This document shows, piece after piece, positions 40,223-49,956 of a stretch of 64,000 bases of DNA. The stretch spans positions 224,001 to 288,000 of the forward strand of contig CAWJQU010000008.1 in the NCBI GenBank assembly GCA_963845145.1, read 5' to 3'. Positions within the stretch are counted from its first letter, which is position 1; each line of letters starts with the position of its first letter. Under the pieces are notes generated by a model that did not search any database, was not told where the DNA came from, and worked only from the letters and a program-made list of their open reading frames with translations. This DNA comes from an uncultured delta proteobacterium (GTDB lineage: Bacteria > Desulfobacterota > Desulfobacteria > Desulfobacterales > QNYZ01). Position numbers and translations under genes: made by a program.

Positions 40223-41797
40223 ATGGATGAAGATCGTTCCAGATTAACCGTCAGGACCAACATGGGCCTTGAAATTTGCCCGCCGGTCTTTTGGATTTCC
40301 ACCATTCTTATCGTTGTGTTCATTGCGTTAACGCTGATCAATGTGAAAACGTCCAGCGCGGTATTTAACGCAGCCAAGTTTTGGGTCTGTGAATACACTG
40401 GTTGGTTTTTTGTGATTACCGTCAATCTAGTACTCGCCTATGCCTTTTGGCTGCTGTTCAGCAAGTACGGGCGGCTTCGCATCGGTGGGTCGGATGCTAA
40501 ACCGGAGTTTTCTACATTTGGGTGGTTTTCCATGCTTTTTAGCGCCGGGATGGGTATCGGCCTGTTGTTTTATGGTGTTGCCGAGCCCATCTACCATTAC
40601 ATGGCGCCACCGGCAATGGGGGTTGAGGCCAAAACGCTCGAGGCAGCAAAGCTTTCCATGGCCATTACCTTTTTTCACTGGGGCTTACACGCCTGGGGTG
40701 TTTACGCCCTGCTGGGTCTGGGTTTGGCATTTTTTGCTTTTACCCGAGGCCTGCCATTGACGATCCGCTCTATCTTTTACCCTGTTTTAGGGGACAAAAT
40801 TTACGGTCCCATCGGCCATGCCATTGATATTTTAGCAGCCCTGGCCACCCTGTTTGGTCTGGCAACTTCTCTGGGGCTAGGGGCCAACCAGATCGCGGCG
40901 GGATTTAATTATGTCTTCGGGCTGCCCAATACCCTTACCGTCCAGATCAGCCTGATCGTCATCATTACCGGCTGCGCAACGTTGTCGGTTGTGGCTGGTC
41001 TTGAGTCAGGCATCCAGCGGCTCAGCAAGATCAATTTTGTCCTGGCCGGTGCGTTGATGCTCTTTGTTTTTTTTGCTGGGCCCACCTTGTTTATCCTGAA
41101 CGCCATTCCCCAGAATATAGGTAATTATATGAAACATTTTGTTGAATTATCCTTCTGGACGGAGACGTATACCCAAACGAAGTGGCAAAACGGCTGGACG
41201 ATCTTTTATTGGGCTTGGTGGATTGCATGGGCTCCTTTTGTCGGCATGTTTATTGCCCGAATTTCCAAAGGACGAACCATCAAAGAATTTTTGCTGGGGG
41301 TTTTATTTGTCCCGGCCGCTGTGACCTTTATTTGGCTGACCATATTCGGTGGTTCAGCACTGTATGTTGAACTTTTTGGAGGTGGAGGAATATCCGATGC
41401 AGTTAACGCAAATGTAGCTACAGCCATGTATGCATTGTTTGAAAACTTTCCTTTAGCCAAAATCGCTTCTTTTATCGGCATTGCCGTGGTCTGGTTTTTC
41501 TTTGTCACCTCATCCGATTCGGCCTCTCTGGTCGTTGATATCATCACGGCCGGGGGACACCAGGAACCGCCGACGAGCCAACGCGTTTTCTGGGCCGGCG
41601 CCGAGGGATTATGCGCCGCCATATTATTGCTCGGTGGAGGATTGGGCGCATTGCAAACAGCTTGCATTGTCACTGGGCTGCCCTTTGCGATCGTTATATT
41701 GTTGATGCTTTTTAGTATGAAAAAAGGTCTGGATGAAGAATATGATAAAAACTTTGAGAATATAGAAGGTAAATCGACAGATGCTGTCGGCATCTGA
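40223..41797 (+). CDS. BCCT-family betaine/choline/carnitine transporter
   Basis: WFSMLFSAGMGIGL, FFHWGLHAW, WTIFYWAWWIAWAPFVGMFIARISKGRTI and FFVTSSDS motifs. Confidence 0.95.
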   Translation: MDEDRSRLTVRTNMGLEICPPVFWISTILIVVFIALTLINVKTSSAVFNAAKFWVCEYTGWFFVITVNLVLAYAFWLLFSKYGRLRIGGSDAKPEFSTFGWFSMLFSAGMGIGLLFYGVAEPIYHYMAPPAMGVEAKTLEAAKLSMAITFFHWGLHAWGVYALLGLGLAFFAFTRGLPLTIRSIFYPVLGDKIYGPIGHAIDILAALATLFGLATSLGLGANQIAAGFNYVFGLPNTLTVQISLIVIITGCATLSVVAGLESGIQRLSKINFVLAGALMLFVFFAGPTLFILNAIPQNIGNYMKHFVELSFWTETYTQTKWQNGWTIFYWAWWIAWAPFVGMFIARISKGRTIKEFLLGVLFVPAAVTFIWLTIFGGSALYVELFGGGGISDAVNANVATAMYALFENFPLAKIASFIGIAVVWFFFVTSSDSASLVVDIITAGGHQEPPTSQRVFWAGAEGLCAAILLLGGGLGALQTACIVTGLPFAIVILLMLFSMKKGLDEEYDKNFENIEGKSTDAVGI

Positions 41798-41882
41798 TAG
41801 TTTTTAACATCCCGGCCGAAAAGTGAATCAAAAGCAGACACTGAAAATTAAGCCATTATTCTGGCAAAGGAGGGTGATAATC

Positions 41883-42716
41883 ATGAAACTCAGATACTTT
41901 ACGGCACTTTTGGTCGCAATCCTGTTTGTTTTTCTGGGAACAAATGTCACGCTTGCGGAACCTAAAAAAGTAACTTTGGCGACCCTGGAATGGGAACCTT
42001 ATATCGGTTCTTCCATGAGTCGTTTTGGGCTAACCGGAGAAATCGTTGTCGAGGCATTTAAACGCATGGGGTATACGGTTGACATTAAATTTGTTCCCTG
42101 GACAGATGCCCTGAAACAGGGCGAAGCGGGACAGGTAGACGGTATCTTTCCGGCCTACCACTCAAAGGAACGCGAAAAGCACTTTTTGTTTTCCGAGCCT
42201 TTTGCGGAAAGCCCCCTAGGGTTTTACAAAAAATCCACCGCTGTGGCCGGCCCGAATATCTCCCAATTGGGTAGAACAGATGAGAATATCGTCTTTCCCA
42301 AGGACCCCAGGGCCGATCAAACCGCCGTATTAAAAATGATGCAGCAGTACAAATTCGGCGTCGTTGCCGGGTATGTCAATACACCTGAATTCGATGGGGC
42401 CGATTTTCTAGAAAAAGTAGAAGCAAAAAGTGATGAAGAAAACATCAGAAACCTGATCAACGGGGAGGTGGACCTCATCTTCATCGATCGCTATGTGGCT
42501 AAAAATATCATTGTTAAAAATTTTCCCTGGCACCTTCAGGATTACGAGTTTATGGAACCCCCCTTAACTACCAAACAGCTCTATATCGGCTTTTCTAAAA
42601 AGTCGGCCGATCACGAACAAAAGATGAAAGACTTCAACAAGGGGCTTTCGATTGCTGAAAACGACGGCTTGTTGAAGCGATTGACGGATAAATACGGTTT
42701 AAAAAGAAGATTTTAA
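41883..42716 (+). CDS. Periplasmic solute-binding protein (family 3), with no cognate ABC permease nearby
   Basis: AGGAGG RBS and signal peptide; EWEPY, FVPW, FLFSEP, GVVAGY and DFNKGL motifs. Confidence 0.85.
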   Translation: MKLRYFTALLVAILFVFLGTNVTLAEPKKVTLATLEWEPYIGSSMSRFGLTGEIVVEAFKRMGYTVDIKFVPWTDALKQGEAGQVDGIFPAYHSKEREKHFLFSEPFAESPLGFYKKSTAVAGPNISQLGRTDENIVFPKDPRADQTAVLKMMQQYKFGVVAGYVNTPEFDGADFLEKVEAKSDEENIRNLINGEVDLIFIDRYVAKNIIVKNFPWHLQDYEFMEPPLTTKQLYIGFSKKSADHEQKMKDFNKGLSIAENDGLLKRLTDKYGLKRRF

Positions 42717-42738
42717 CCGTTAAACCGACTAACGCGCC

Positions 42739-44931
42739 ATGTTAATCGAAATGGATGAAAAACACTCCCAATATCATTTTCGAGTGATGGGTTGGAAAAA
42801 ACACCGGTTCCGCTTGGTAGGGATCATATTCATGGTAATTTCAATGCTGATTCCAGCAAGCGTTGGCCAGGTTACGGCCCAAGCGACAGACGCATCCCTG
42901 TCGTCGGCAACGGAAACAATACAACCGGCCGGATCGAAAACCGTTGTCCTGGCCCGGGCAACCTGGGATACCGGCTGGTTTCAGACTGAAATCTTCAGAC
43001 AATTGTTGCAGGCGTTGGGGTACACCGTTCCGGAGCCGAAAACCCACGATAACGAAGACTTTTACCGGCTTGTAGCGACCGGTGCGATTGATTTGTGGGC
43101 CAACGGCTGGTTCCCGCTTCACAATGCCTATATTAAACAGGGGCTAAGCCAAGAAGCCCTTCAACCCGTGGGCTACGAGGTGAAATCGGGTGCTCTGCAA
43201 GGATACCTCATCGATAAAAATTCCGCCGATAAATTAGGAATTAAAAGTCTGGCGGATTTGAAAAAGCCCGAAGTCGCCCGCCTGTTTGACCGGGATGGTA
43301 ACGGCAAGGCCGATCTGATTGGCTGCAATAAGGGCTGGGGCTGCGAACCGGTCATTGAACATCACCTCGACGTATATGATTTGCATGATACCGTCGAACA
43401 TGTTCAGGGAGAATACTCCCCCCTGATGACCGATACCGTCGCCTACCACCAATCCGGTCGACCTGTCCTGTTTTACACCTGGACACCCAATTGGATTGTC
43501 GGCACCCTGGTACCGGGCAAAGATGTGGTATGGATTGAGACGCCCTTCCCCAGCTTACCCGAAGGAGATAAGCGTCTTGAAAACCAAACGACCATCCCAA
43601 GCGTTCCGGGCTGCGTTAACGACCCTTGCGCCATGGGATTTCCTCCCAATGACATTCGGGTGGTAGCCAATAAACAATTTTTAGCCAACTATCCGGATGT
43701 GCACCATCTACTCAAGTTAGTGGCGATTTCGCCTGGGGCCATTTCGGCCCAGAACGCCAAAATGATTGACGGTGAAGATGACGATGAAGACATCCGTCGT
43801 CACGCCCGACAATGGATCACGGACAATCGAGCAACGGTCGGCCGATGGTTGCAGGAAGCTCGCAAGTTTCAAGGAATCCATACGTCGACTGAACTGGCCG
43901 CCACTGATGAACCTCGTTTACCGGAAAAAGCGGTGTTGCAGGTCGTGACCAAGCGCTTTGAGCCCTTTGTCATCTATCAGGACAAAACATATGTCGGCTT
44001 CAGCATCGAGCTATGGGAAAAAATCGCCCAAAACCTCGGGCTTCAATATCGGCTGTTTGCCGTCAATACGGTGGCCAAACTTCTTGACGAAGTTGAGCGC
44101 GGCGCGGCGGATGTTGCTATCGCCGGAATCAGTATTACTTCCAGCCGGGAGCAGGTGCTTGATTTCTCCCATGCCTTTTTTGAAACCGGCCTCCAGATCA
44201 TGGTGCCGGTAGGTTCCGAATCTGTCTTAAGAGAGGTAATTTCGAAAGTTTTTGCCGTTATCTTTTCCATTGAGCTCTTCTATGGTGTGGCCTTTTTTTT
44301 CATCATCCTTATCATTGCGGCGCATATCATTTGGGTTTTGGAGCGGCGCAAGAACCCACAGTTTCCCATGGGTTATGCCCAGGGCTTGTGGCAATCGATC
44401 TGGTGGGCAGTGGTGACCGTCACAACCGTCGGTTACGGCGATAAAACGCCCAAAGGGGTCGCCGGCAGACTCTTCGGCCTTTTCTGGATCCTGGCTGGCT
44501 ATTTTGTGTTTGCCTATTTTACCGCAAGCGTCACGACCACGGCCACGGTCCAGGAGCTGCACGGAACCATCAGTGGCCCCGGAGACCTATTCGGAAAAAA
44601 GGTCGCTACTGTTGAAAAAAGTACCGCTGCCGATTATCTTGCCGAACAGGGCGTTCCAATAGTTGTGGTCGACGATATCGGTAACGCTTTTCCGCTACTT
44701 GAATCGGGCAAGGTGGATGCCGTCGTCTACGATGCGCCGGTGCTTCAGCACTACGCTTCCAAGGCCGGAAAAGGAAAAGTCAAAGTCGTCGGCTTACTTT
44801 TTCAGGAACAGAATTACGGGATTGCCCTGCAAGTCGAAAGCCCCTATCGGGAAAAAGTCAATATCGCCCTGCTGGAACTCATCGAAAGCGGGGCCTATAA
44901 AGAGATTGCCGATAAATGGTTTGGCGGGTAG
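42739..44931 (+). CDS. ProX-type glycine betaine-binding domain fused to a GluR0-like ligand-gated K+ channel (S1-M1-P-M2-S2)
   Basis: ProX motifs ANGWFPLH, QGYLIDK, KADLIGCNKGWGC and FYTWTPNW. These are followed by EPFV..GFSIELW, ISITSSRE, DFSHAFF, a TM, WWAVVTVTTVGYGD, a TM, KSTA, YDAPV and YGIAL. True start probably at one of the later Met codons. Confidence 0.9.
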   Translation: MLIEMDEKHSQYHFRVMGWKKHRFRLVGIIFMVISMLIPASVGQVTAQATDASLSSATETIQPAGSKTVVLARATWDTGWFQTEIFRQLLQALGYTVPEPKTHDNEDFYRLVATGAIDLWANGWFPLHNAYIKQGLSQEALQPVGYEVKSGALQGYLIDKNSADKLGIKSLADLKKPEVARLFDRDGNGKADLIGCNKGWGCEPVIEHHLDVYDLHDTVEHVQGEYSPLMTDTVAYHQSGRPVLFYTWTPNWIVGTLVPGKDVVWIETPFPSLPEGDKRLENQTTIPSVPGCVNDPCAMGFPPNDIRVVANKQFLANYPDVHHLLKLVAISPGAISAQNAKMIDGEDDDEDIRRHARQWITDNRATVGRWLQEARKFQGIHTSTELAATDEPRLPEKAVLQVVTKRFEPFVIYQDKTYVGFSIELWEKIAQNLGLQYRLFAVNTVAKLLDEVERGAADVAIAGISITSSREQVLDFSHAFFETGLQIMVPVGSESVLREVISKVFAVIFSIELFYGVAFFFIILIIAAHIIWVLERRKNPQFPMGYAQGLWQSIWWAVVTVTTVGYGDKTPKGVAGRLFGLFWILAGYFVFAYFTASVTTTATVQELHGTISGPGDLFGKKVATVEKSTAADYLAEQGVPIVVVDDIGNAFPLLESGKVDAVVYDAPVLQHYASKAGKGKVKVVGLLFQEQNYGIALQVESPYREKVNIALLELIESGAYKEIADKWFGG

Positions 44932-45033
44932 CGGGGCCATGGCGAGAGAGCAACATTTTAAGAATATTAGATCGATCATATGGCAATAAAAAGAACGGAT
45001 CTCATTTTGACATCAGACCAAAGGAGATAAATC

Positions 45034-45477
45034 ATGATTGACGTAAAGAAAATACTCGTACCTACGGATTTTTCGGAATTCTCCGACAAAGCGCTTTCCG
45101 AAGCGCTTGAAATAGCGGAGACATTTAATTCTAAAGTCTACCTTCTCTATGTCCAGCGGGGTGAATCGGGTTTTACGATAATGGAGACATTTGACCAGGA
45201 AACCCAGGCCAAAATACGTTCCAAATTGGCGCAAAAAACCGAAGCGGCATTTAAAAAACAGGTGGCTAAATTTCCTTTAAGTGATAAAATTGAGATCGTT
45301 ACCGAAGTGGCCAAGGGCGTACCCTACAACGAGATTCTCGATTACCAAAAAAAGATTGATCCTGATGTGATGGTTATCGCCGCACAGGGGAGATCCGCAT
45401 TTGAAGATTTTTTCTTTGGGAGCACGTCGGAAAAAATCGTCAGAAGAGCAACTTGCTCGATTTTGGTGGTTAAATAA
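45034..45477 (+). CDS. Universal stress protein
   Basis: KKILVPTDFS and FFGSTSEKIVRRATCSILVVK motifs. Confidence 0.95.
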   Translation: MIDVKKILVPTDFSEFSDKALSEALEIAETFNSKVYLLYVQRGESGFTIMETFDQETQAKIRSKLAQKTEAAFKKQVAKFPLSDKIEIVTEVAKGVPYNEILDYQKKIDPDVMVIAAQGRSAFEDFFFGSTSEKIVRRATCSILVVK

Positions 45478-45580
45478 CGCCATTTAACTAAAAAAATTAT
45501 CACTTGCTTAGGATAACATTTTTTAAGAGACTACAAGTTTAATCTATACTTTTTCATTATTTTGTGAAAAACCTTCATAG

Positions 45581-46297
45581 ATGAACTATAAAACGATTAA
45601 ACGCAGCTCAACATCTGAGCTGGTGATGAAAGAAATTCTTGATAGCATCCAATCCGGTGCTTTAAAACCGGGGGACAAGCTGCCGACCGAACATGAGCTG
45701 ATGAAAATGTTCGGCGTTGGACGATCTTCGCTTCGTGAAGCCATATCAGCACTCGTGCTGGTCGGGTATATTGACGTCGTTCAGGGTCGGGGATCGTTCG
45801 TGAAAAAAGATCTTAATGATATGGATCTTACCACATTTGAATTAAAGGACATTCAAGCGGCGGCCAGTATTATCGATCTCATCGAAATCAGAGAAATCCT
45901 CGAATGCAATACTGCTCGCTTGGCCGCTCGAAGAGCAGGGCCTAATGAATTAGAACGCCTACGGCAGATTCTCTCGGAGATGAAAAAAAGTAAGAAAAAC
46001 ATTGGACGCTTCTCGAAACATGATTTTGATTTTCATGTGACCCTGGCTGAAGCCAGTGGGAACCGAATGATTCTTCAGATAATGAAACTCATCGTCAATA
46101 AGGTCCACGCCGCTTATGTGCGCTTAAAACACGAAACATTGTTTGATGCCGACCAGGCCATTATGACTGCAGAACAACTGGTTAAAAGTATTGCCGCCGG
46201 AGATGAAAACGCCGCCGCGGAGCAGATGGAAGCCCATTTGGGTTTGGTAACCACTCAGCTAAAACGGGTGGTTACGAAAAGAAAAGGAAGTCTATGA
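45581..46297 (+). CDS. GntR/FadR-family transcriptional regulator (FCD domain)
   Basis: LKPGDKLPTEHEL..FGVGRSSLREA and DFDFHVTLAEASGN motifs. Confidence 0.95.
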   Translation: MNYKTIKRSSTSELVMKEILDSIQSGALKPGDKLPTEHELMKMFGVGRSSLREAISALVLVGYIDVVQGRGSFVKKDLNDMDLTTFELKDIQAAASIIDLIEIREILECNTARLAARRAGPNELERLRQILSEMKKSKKNIGRFSKHDFDFHVTLAEASGNRMILQIMKLIVNKVHAAYVRLKHETLFDADQAIMTAEQLVKSIAAGDENAAAEQMEAHLGLVTTQLKRVVTKRKGSL

Positions 46298-46411
46298 GTG
46301 GATCAAGTTGAGTCAGACCAATACAAAAGCATCCTTAATGTGTAAAGCGGAAACATAGAGCCATAACCCCGTAAAGTAAAAAACCAATACACATTGGGCA
46401 TATTCAGACCA

Positions 46412-47188
46412 TTAGGTTTTTTTCTTTTTTAAATAAAGCCCTGCAAGACCGCCAATCGGTTTTTTCGGGTGAGATGATATATTATTTTCGGTGGTTATGG
46501 CCGCAGGAGGGACAACCTCTTTTGATTTATCTTCGTTTTGTAAAATCAATGATGTAATTTCTTTATTAATTCTGTTCTTATTCAATGGGCATATATCGAA
46601 TAACTCAATGTCAACAATTTCCCAACTGAGCAATTGTTTCAAAGCATCCACGGCCTCAAGTGTGCCACAAACGGCATCAATGGGTCTTCCGTCTTTATAA
46701 AAAATCAACCCTTCCGAATCGCCCTTGCTATTAGTAATCCTCAAAAGGCAATCACTGTAATTTTGCTCCAAGACCTGGAAAAAAGAAGCACAACCGACCC
46801 CATGCAAATTGCCCCGATGATAAATATTACCGAGGGCCAAAACAATTTTTCCGGCCAGATCAACCGCCCTGAAAGGCCTGGCGATCATGCTCTTGATGCA
46901 GTCCCAAGTCTGCTGATTGTCAAATTTAAGTGTCGCATCTTGCCCGGTTATAATAAGGGGTATGGGCCGTTCTTCGCGCATGATGGACGTGATCAATCCA
47001 GCTTCCTTATGAGCGAACTTAGGCTCAATCAAAATCAGCGAGAAATCGATTAAGTTAATCGCTTGGATCGCCTGCTCAACATCAGCAGCAGTTAGAACTT
47101 GAAAATCATTATGGTAAGCCTCAATGGTTTTTTTGATTATTTCGTGAAAATTAGGATTTTCATCAACGATGAGGCATTGGATTTTCAT
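46412..47188 (-). CDS. Atypical receiver domain plus PATAN/DUF4388-like domain protein
   Basis: LIVDE N-terminus, LILIE in place of the phospho-Asp, ARPF; C-terminal GLIFYKDGRPIDA..ALKQLLSW. Confidence 0.7.
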   Translation of the reverse strand: MKIQCLIVDENPNFHEIIKKTIEAYHNDFQVLTAADVEQAIQAINLIDFSLILIEPKFAHKEAGLITSIMREERPIPLIITGQDATLKFDNQQTWDCIKSMIARPFRAVDLAGKIVLALGNIYHRGNLHGVGCASFFQVLEQNYSDCLLRITNSKGDSEGLIFYKDGRPIDAVCGTLEAVDALKQLLSWEIVDIELFDICPLNKNRINKEITSLILQNEDKSKEVVPPAAITTENNISSHPKKPIGGLAGLYLKKKKT

Positions 47189-47267
47189 AAAAACCTGTTC
47201 CTGCTGATAAAGGTATTATTTCCATAACCACCTTTGGTGGGGGGCGTTTAGTGAAACACCCATAGTT

Positions 47268-48362
47268 TTAATTGTTTTCCAAATCACTAGATAAGTCCAT
47301 AATCGGAAAATCATAACCCTCGAAGCAGTCCATGAAGCGCAGTTTGAGCGTTTTTGCCTGAACATCGTTCGAAAATGAGAGAATGACTTGGACGAGGGCG
47401 TCAACAGCTTCAGCCGGGTTGCCCTTTATATCGCGAATCCGCTTGTTGCTACCCAGTGTGAAGAGGGCCGGATAGCTGCCGTCCGGATTAAAAACGTTGA
47501 ATACTTCTTGCATACCGGCGTCACCCAGTTCTTTCGTGGCCACCCGCGCAAGTTCATTAGTCAGCTCGAGAATTCGTGAGAGTTCAGTCTCAGCATCGAT
47601 GATGAGGTCTAACCCAACCGCCAGCTTTTCCATGCGGCCCATAAATAAATCAATCATCTCGCCCTTTATAATACCACCATGTTGGGGGGCAATCATCAAG
47701 GGAGGGGGATCCAGCTGCCTGATTTTTTGGAGAGCATAGCGCACGGCCTCCTTGCTGGGAAAGTAAAGCTGGTGAAAGGCCTTGACTCCCTCCCAGTGTT
47801 CTTCTTCGGCAATGAGCTCGGAGGTGGAAATACCCCCAAGAAAATCCCCACTGAAAAGAATTCGGGAATTGACATCATAATACATACAAGAGCCACGAAA
47901 ATGACAAAAAGGCGTCCTGACAAATTGCAAGATATAGTCAGGCTGGATCCCTGATTTTGTTTTCAAGCTTGCTTTCATATCCCGAAATTTTTCAACTGCC
48001 CGAAATTTTTCCGGATTTAGCCCAAAAAACTGCACAAGACGCCAGGTATCTTCAGTCATCAGGGTTAAGGCCTTGGGATTAACCCGCTGTATATGTATGG
48101 CATTAGGTCCCACATCTGGATCCTGGTGGTTGATAAATACTAAGTTGACCCGACTGATATCACCAATGATAGCAGCGACTTTTTTTTTCAAAACATCAAA
48201 ATCACATTCCGGCCCCGGATCGATAACCATTGAAAATATTTTATCTTTAATTTGATATACCCTGAGATAGATGTTGCGTCGCAACAATGCCTCTTCTGAA
48301 GAACCAACCCAGTATATATCCCGGTCTATCTCCACCGGTAATGTCAAATCGATATTTTCCAT
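47268..48362 (-). CDS. MBL-fold di-iron protein, ODP (oxygen-binding di-iron protein)-like, with C-terminal extension
   Basis: IYWVG, IDPG, NHQDPDV, HFRGS, LFSGD and IAPQHG motifs; no flavodoxin domain. Confidence 0.75.
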   Translation of the reverse strand: MENIDLTLPVEIDRDIYWVGSSEEALLRRNIYLRVYQIKDKIFSMVIDPGPECDFDVLKKKVAAIIGDISRVNLVFINHQDPDVGPNAIHIQRVNPKALTLMTEDTWRLVQFFGLNPEKFRAVEKFRDMKASLKTKSGIQPDYILQFVRTPFCHFRGSCMYYDVNSRILFSGDFLGGISTSELIAEEEHWEGVKAFHQLYFPSKEAVRYALQKIRQLDPPPLMIAPQHGGIIKGEMIDLFMGRMEKLAVGLDLIIDAETELSRILELTNELARVATKELGDAGMQEVFNVFNPDGSYPALFTLGSNKRIRDIKGNPAEAVDALVQVILSFSNDVQAKTLKLRFMDCFEGYDFPIMDLSSDLENN

Positions 48363-48475
48363 GTCACATCCTTTGTAATTTAAGTTAATACCCTCATATC
48401 ACCATATCGGTGCCCGGTTTTTCCAAAATTCCACCATACGTCCAAATTTCACATAGCGCGGCTAACTGTATTTAA

Positions 48476-48492
48476 GCAATATTTATGCCTAA
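48476..48492 (-). promoter_or_regulatory. Sigma54 promoter for the ODP/receiver pair
   Basis: The minus strand reads TTAGGCATAAATATTGC (GG-N10-GC), ~115 bp before the ATG, with an AT-rich upstream region. Confidence 0.6.
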
Positions 48493-48912
48493 TTATAATA
48501 TATTTTATTAGTTTATATTTTAAATGGTTATATTTTCATATGGGTTATTTTTGATTTATCGCTTAGTATAAATTGTGTAATAATGTAATTAAAACGACAC
48601 TTCGTGATGCGGGCAACGATTTGAATATTTATATATACGTAAGCCAATTTCAAAACGAATAAAAAGGCAGTCAATTATTCGGCTTCGAATTGCTTGTAAA
48701 AGATTTTAACATGCTGATATATATAATAAGACGCAATCTTGTGTTCTACTAATTGCGATTGTAAAAATAGAACCAACGCGTGACCTTCAGGAAATTATTT
48801 CCTTGTTAAAAACATACCGTTTGTCTCATTTTTAGAATTGTAATTTTAATTTGGGTTATACTGCTATAATGGGTCAGACCGAGTGGGGCGGGAACATATC
48901 GGACCTTTCCCG

Positions 48913-49817
48913 TCAACCGAAATATCGGTTAATTTCAGCCTGTTTTTTGAAATATACGATAGGCATTCTCAAATCTTTTAAAATTCTTCTCTGTATATTG
49001 CTCGAAATCAAACTCAAGGGATGAATGAATTTCCTGCACCATACTCCATAATGTCTCTCTTAATAATGACACGCATTTCATTGAGGCAAACCGATGTCGC
49101 AGGCTATCGGTCGACCGGTTGCTGGTAATATGTCTCCAAGAGCCACTCTTCCTGATTCAAAGAAAGTTCGTTGTTGGAAGACAAATTGACCAAGTCGAAA
49201 AGCGCCGTATTATAACCGGCATAATCCCAATCGATGAGCCACAAACGGTTCCCATCGTCAATAAAATTGGCGGCCAGTAGATCATTATGCCCGAATACCA
49301 ATTTAATTTCGCCTACAGTTTGTTCCAAAATCTCGTTAATATCGAGAAAGCGTGAGAGCAGATCCGCCCTTCGACTATTTCCCTCTTTGACCGTCCGGAT
49401 ATAATTTCGACAGACATGGAAGGGCCAGAAAACAAGGGCAGGGCCTTGAAAATATTTGGGGATTTCATGATGGCAGGCTCTGATCAGGGGAACGATCCGT
49501 TCCAATTGCCGCTGCTCGCATACATCCGATTCGGTTAAAGTGTGCCCCTCAATGAATCGACTGATGAAAAGACCGTCCTCTGCATAAACGATTTCGGGTG
49601 AAATCCCGGCCGCGTAGGCCGCACGGGCCGCCGCAATTTCATTGAAACGCATCACGCCATGAATGGGGATGTCATCGCCGATCCGCACAACGAAGCGTTC
49701 CCCCCGATCTTCCACAATATAATTGGTGTTGGTGATGCCGCCATCCAGAGGTTTAGGGTCTACCTTTGATGACCAAAAATCCAGTTTTGCAACCCTTTTT
49801 CGAGTATCTGTTTTCAT
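48913..49817 (-). pseudogene. Choline/ethanolamine kinase-family phosphotransferase with a frameshift near 49110
   Basis: GGITNTNY, FGHNDLLAANF and LIDWDYAG motifs. The C-terminus (MKCVSLLRETLWSMVQE...) continues in another frame to TGA at 48913. Confidence 0.8.
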
Positions 49818-49956
49818 AGATTTTCAAAATTCTAAGAAGATAGTTGTAAATTCAATCGTAAACATTTTCTTGCTACTGACAATCATTCAGTCAGACTTGA
49901 TAGAATGATTTTCTAAAACCTTGCCACCACATCAACGAAGTATCGATCCGACAAAA

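Noticed and set aside
42739..43870. Ordinary ProU ABC transporter
   Set aside because: No proV/proW nearby, and the domain is fused in frame to a channel.
48500..48900. AT-rich tract as an origin or CRISPR leader
   Set aside because: No DnaA-box cluster or repeat array seen; it fits the upstream region of the sigma54 promoter.
49104..49106. TAG read-through in the kinase gene
   Set aside because: The downstream homologous-looking sequence is in a different frame, so this is a frameshift rather than recoding.
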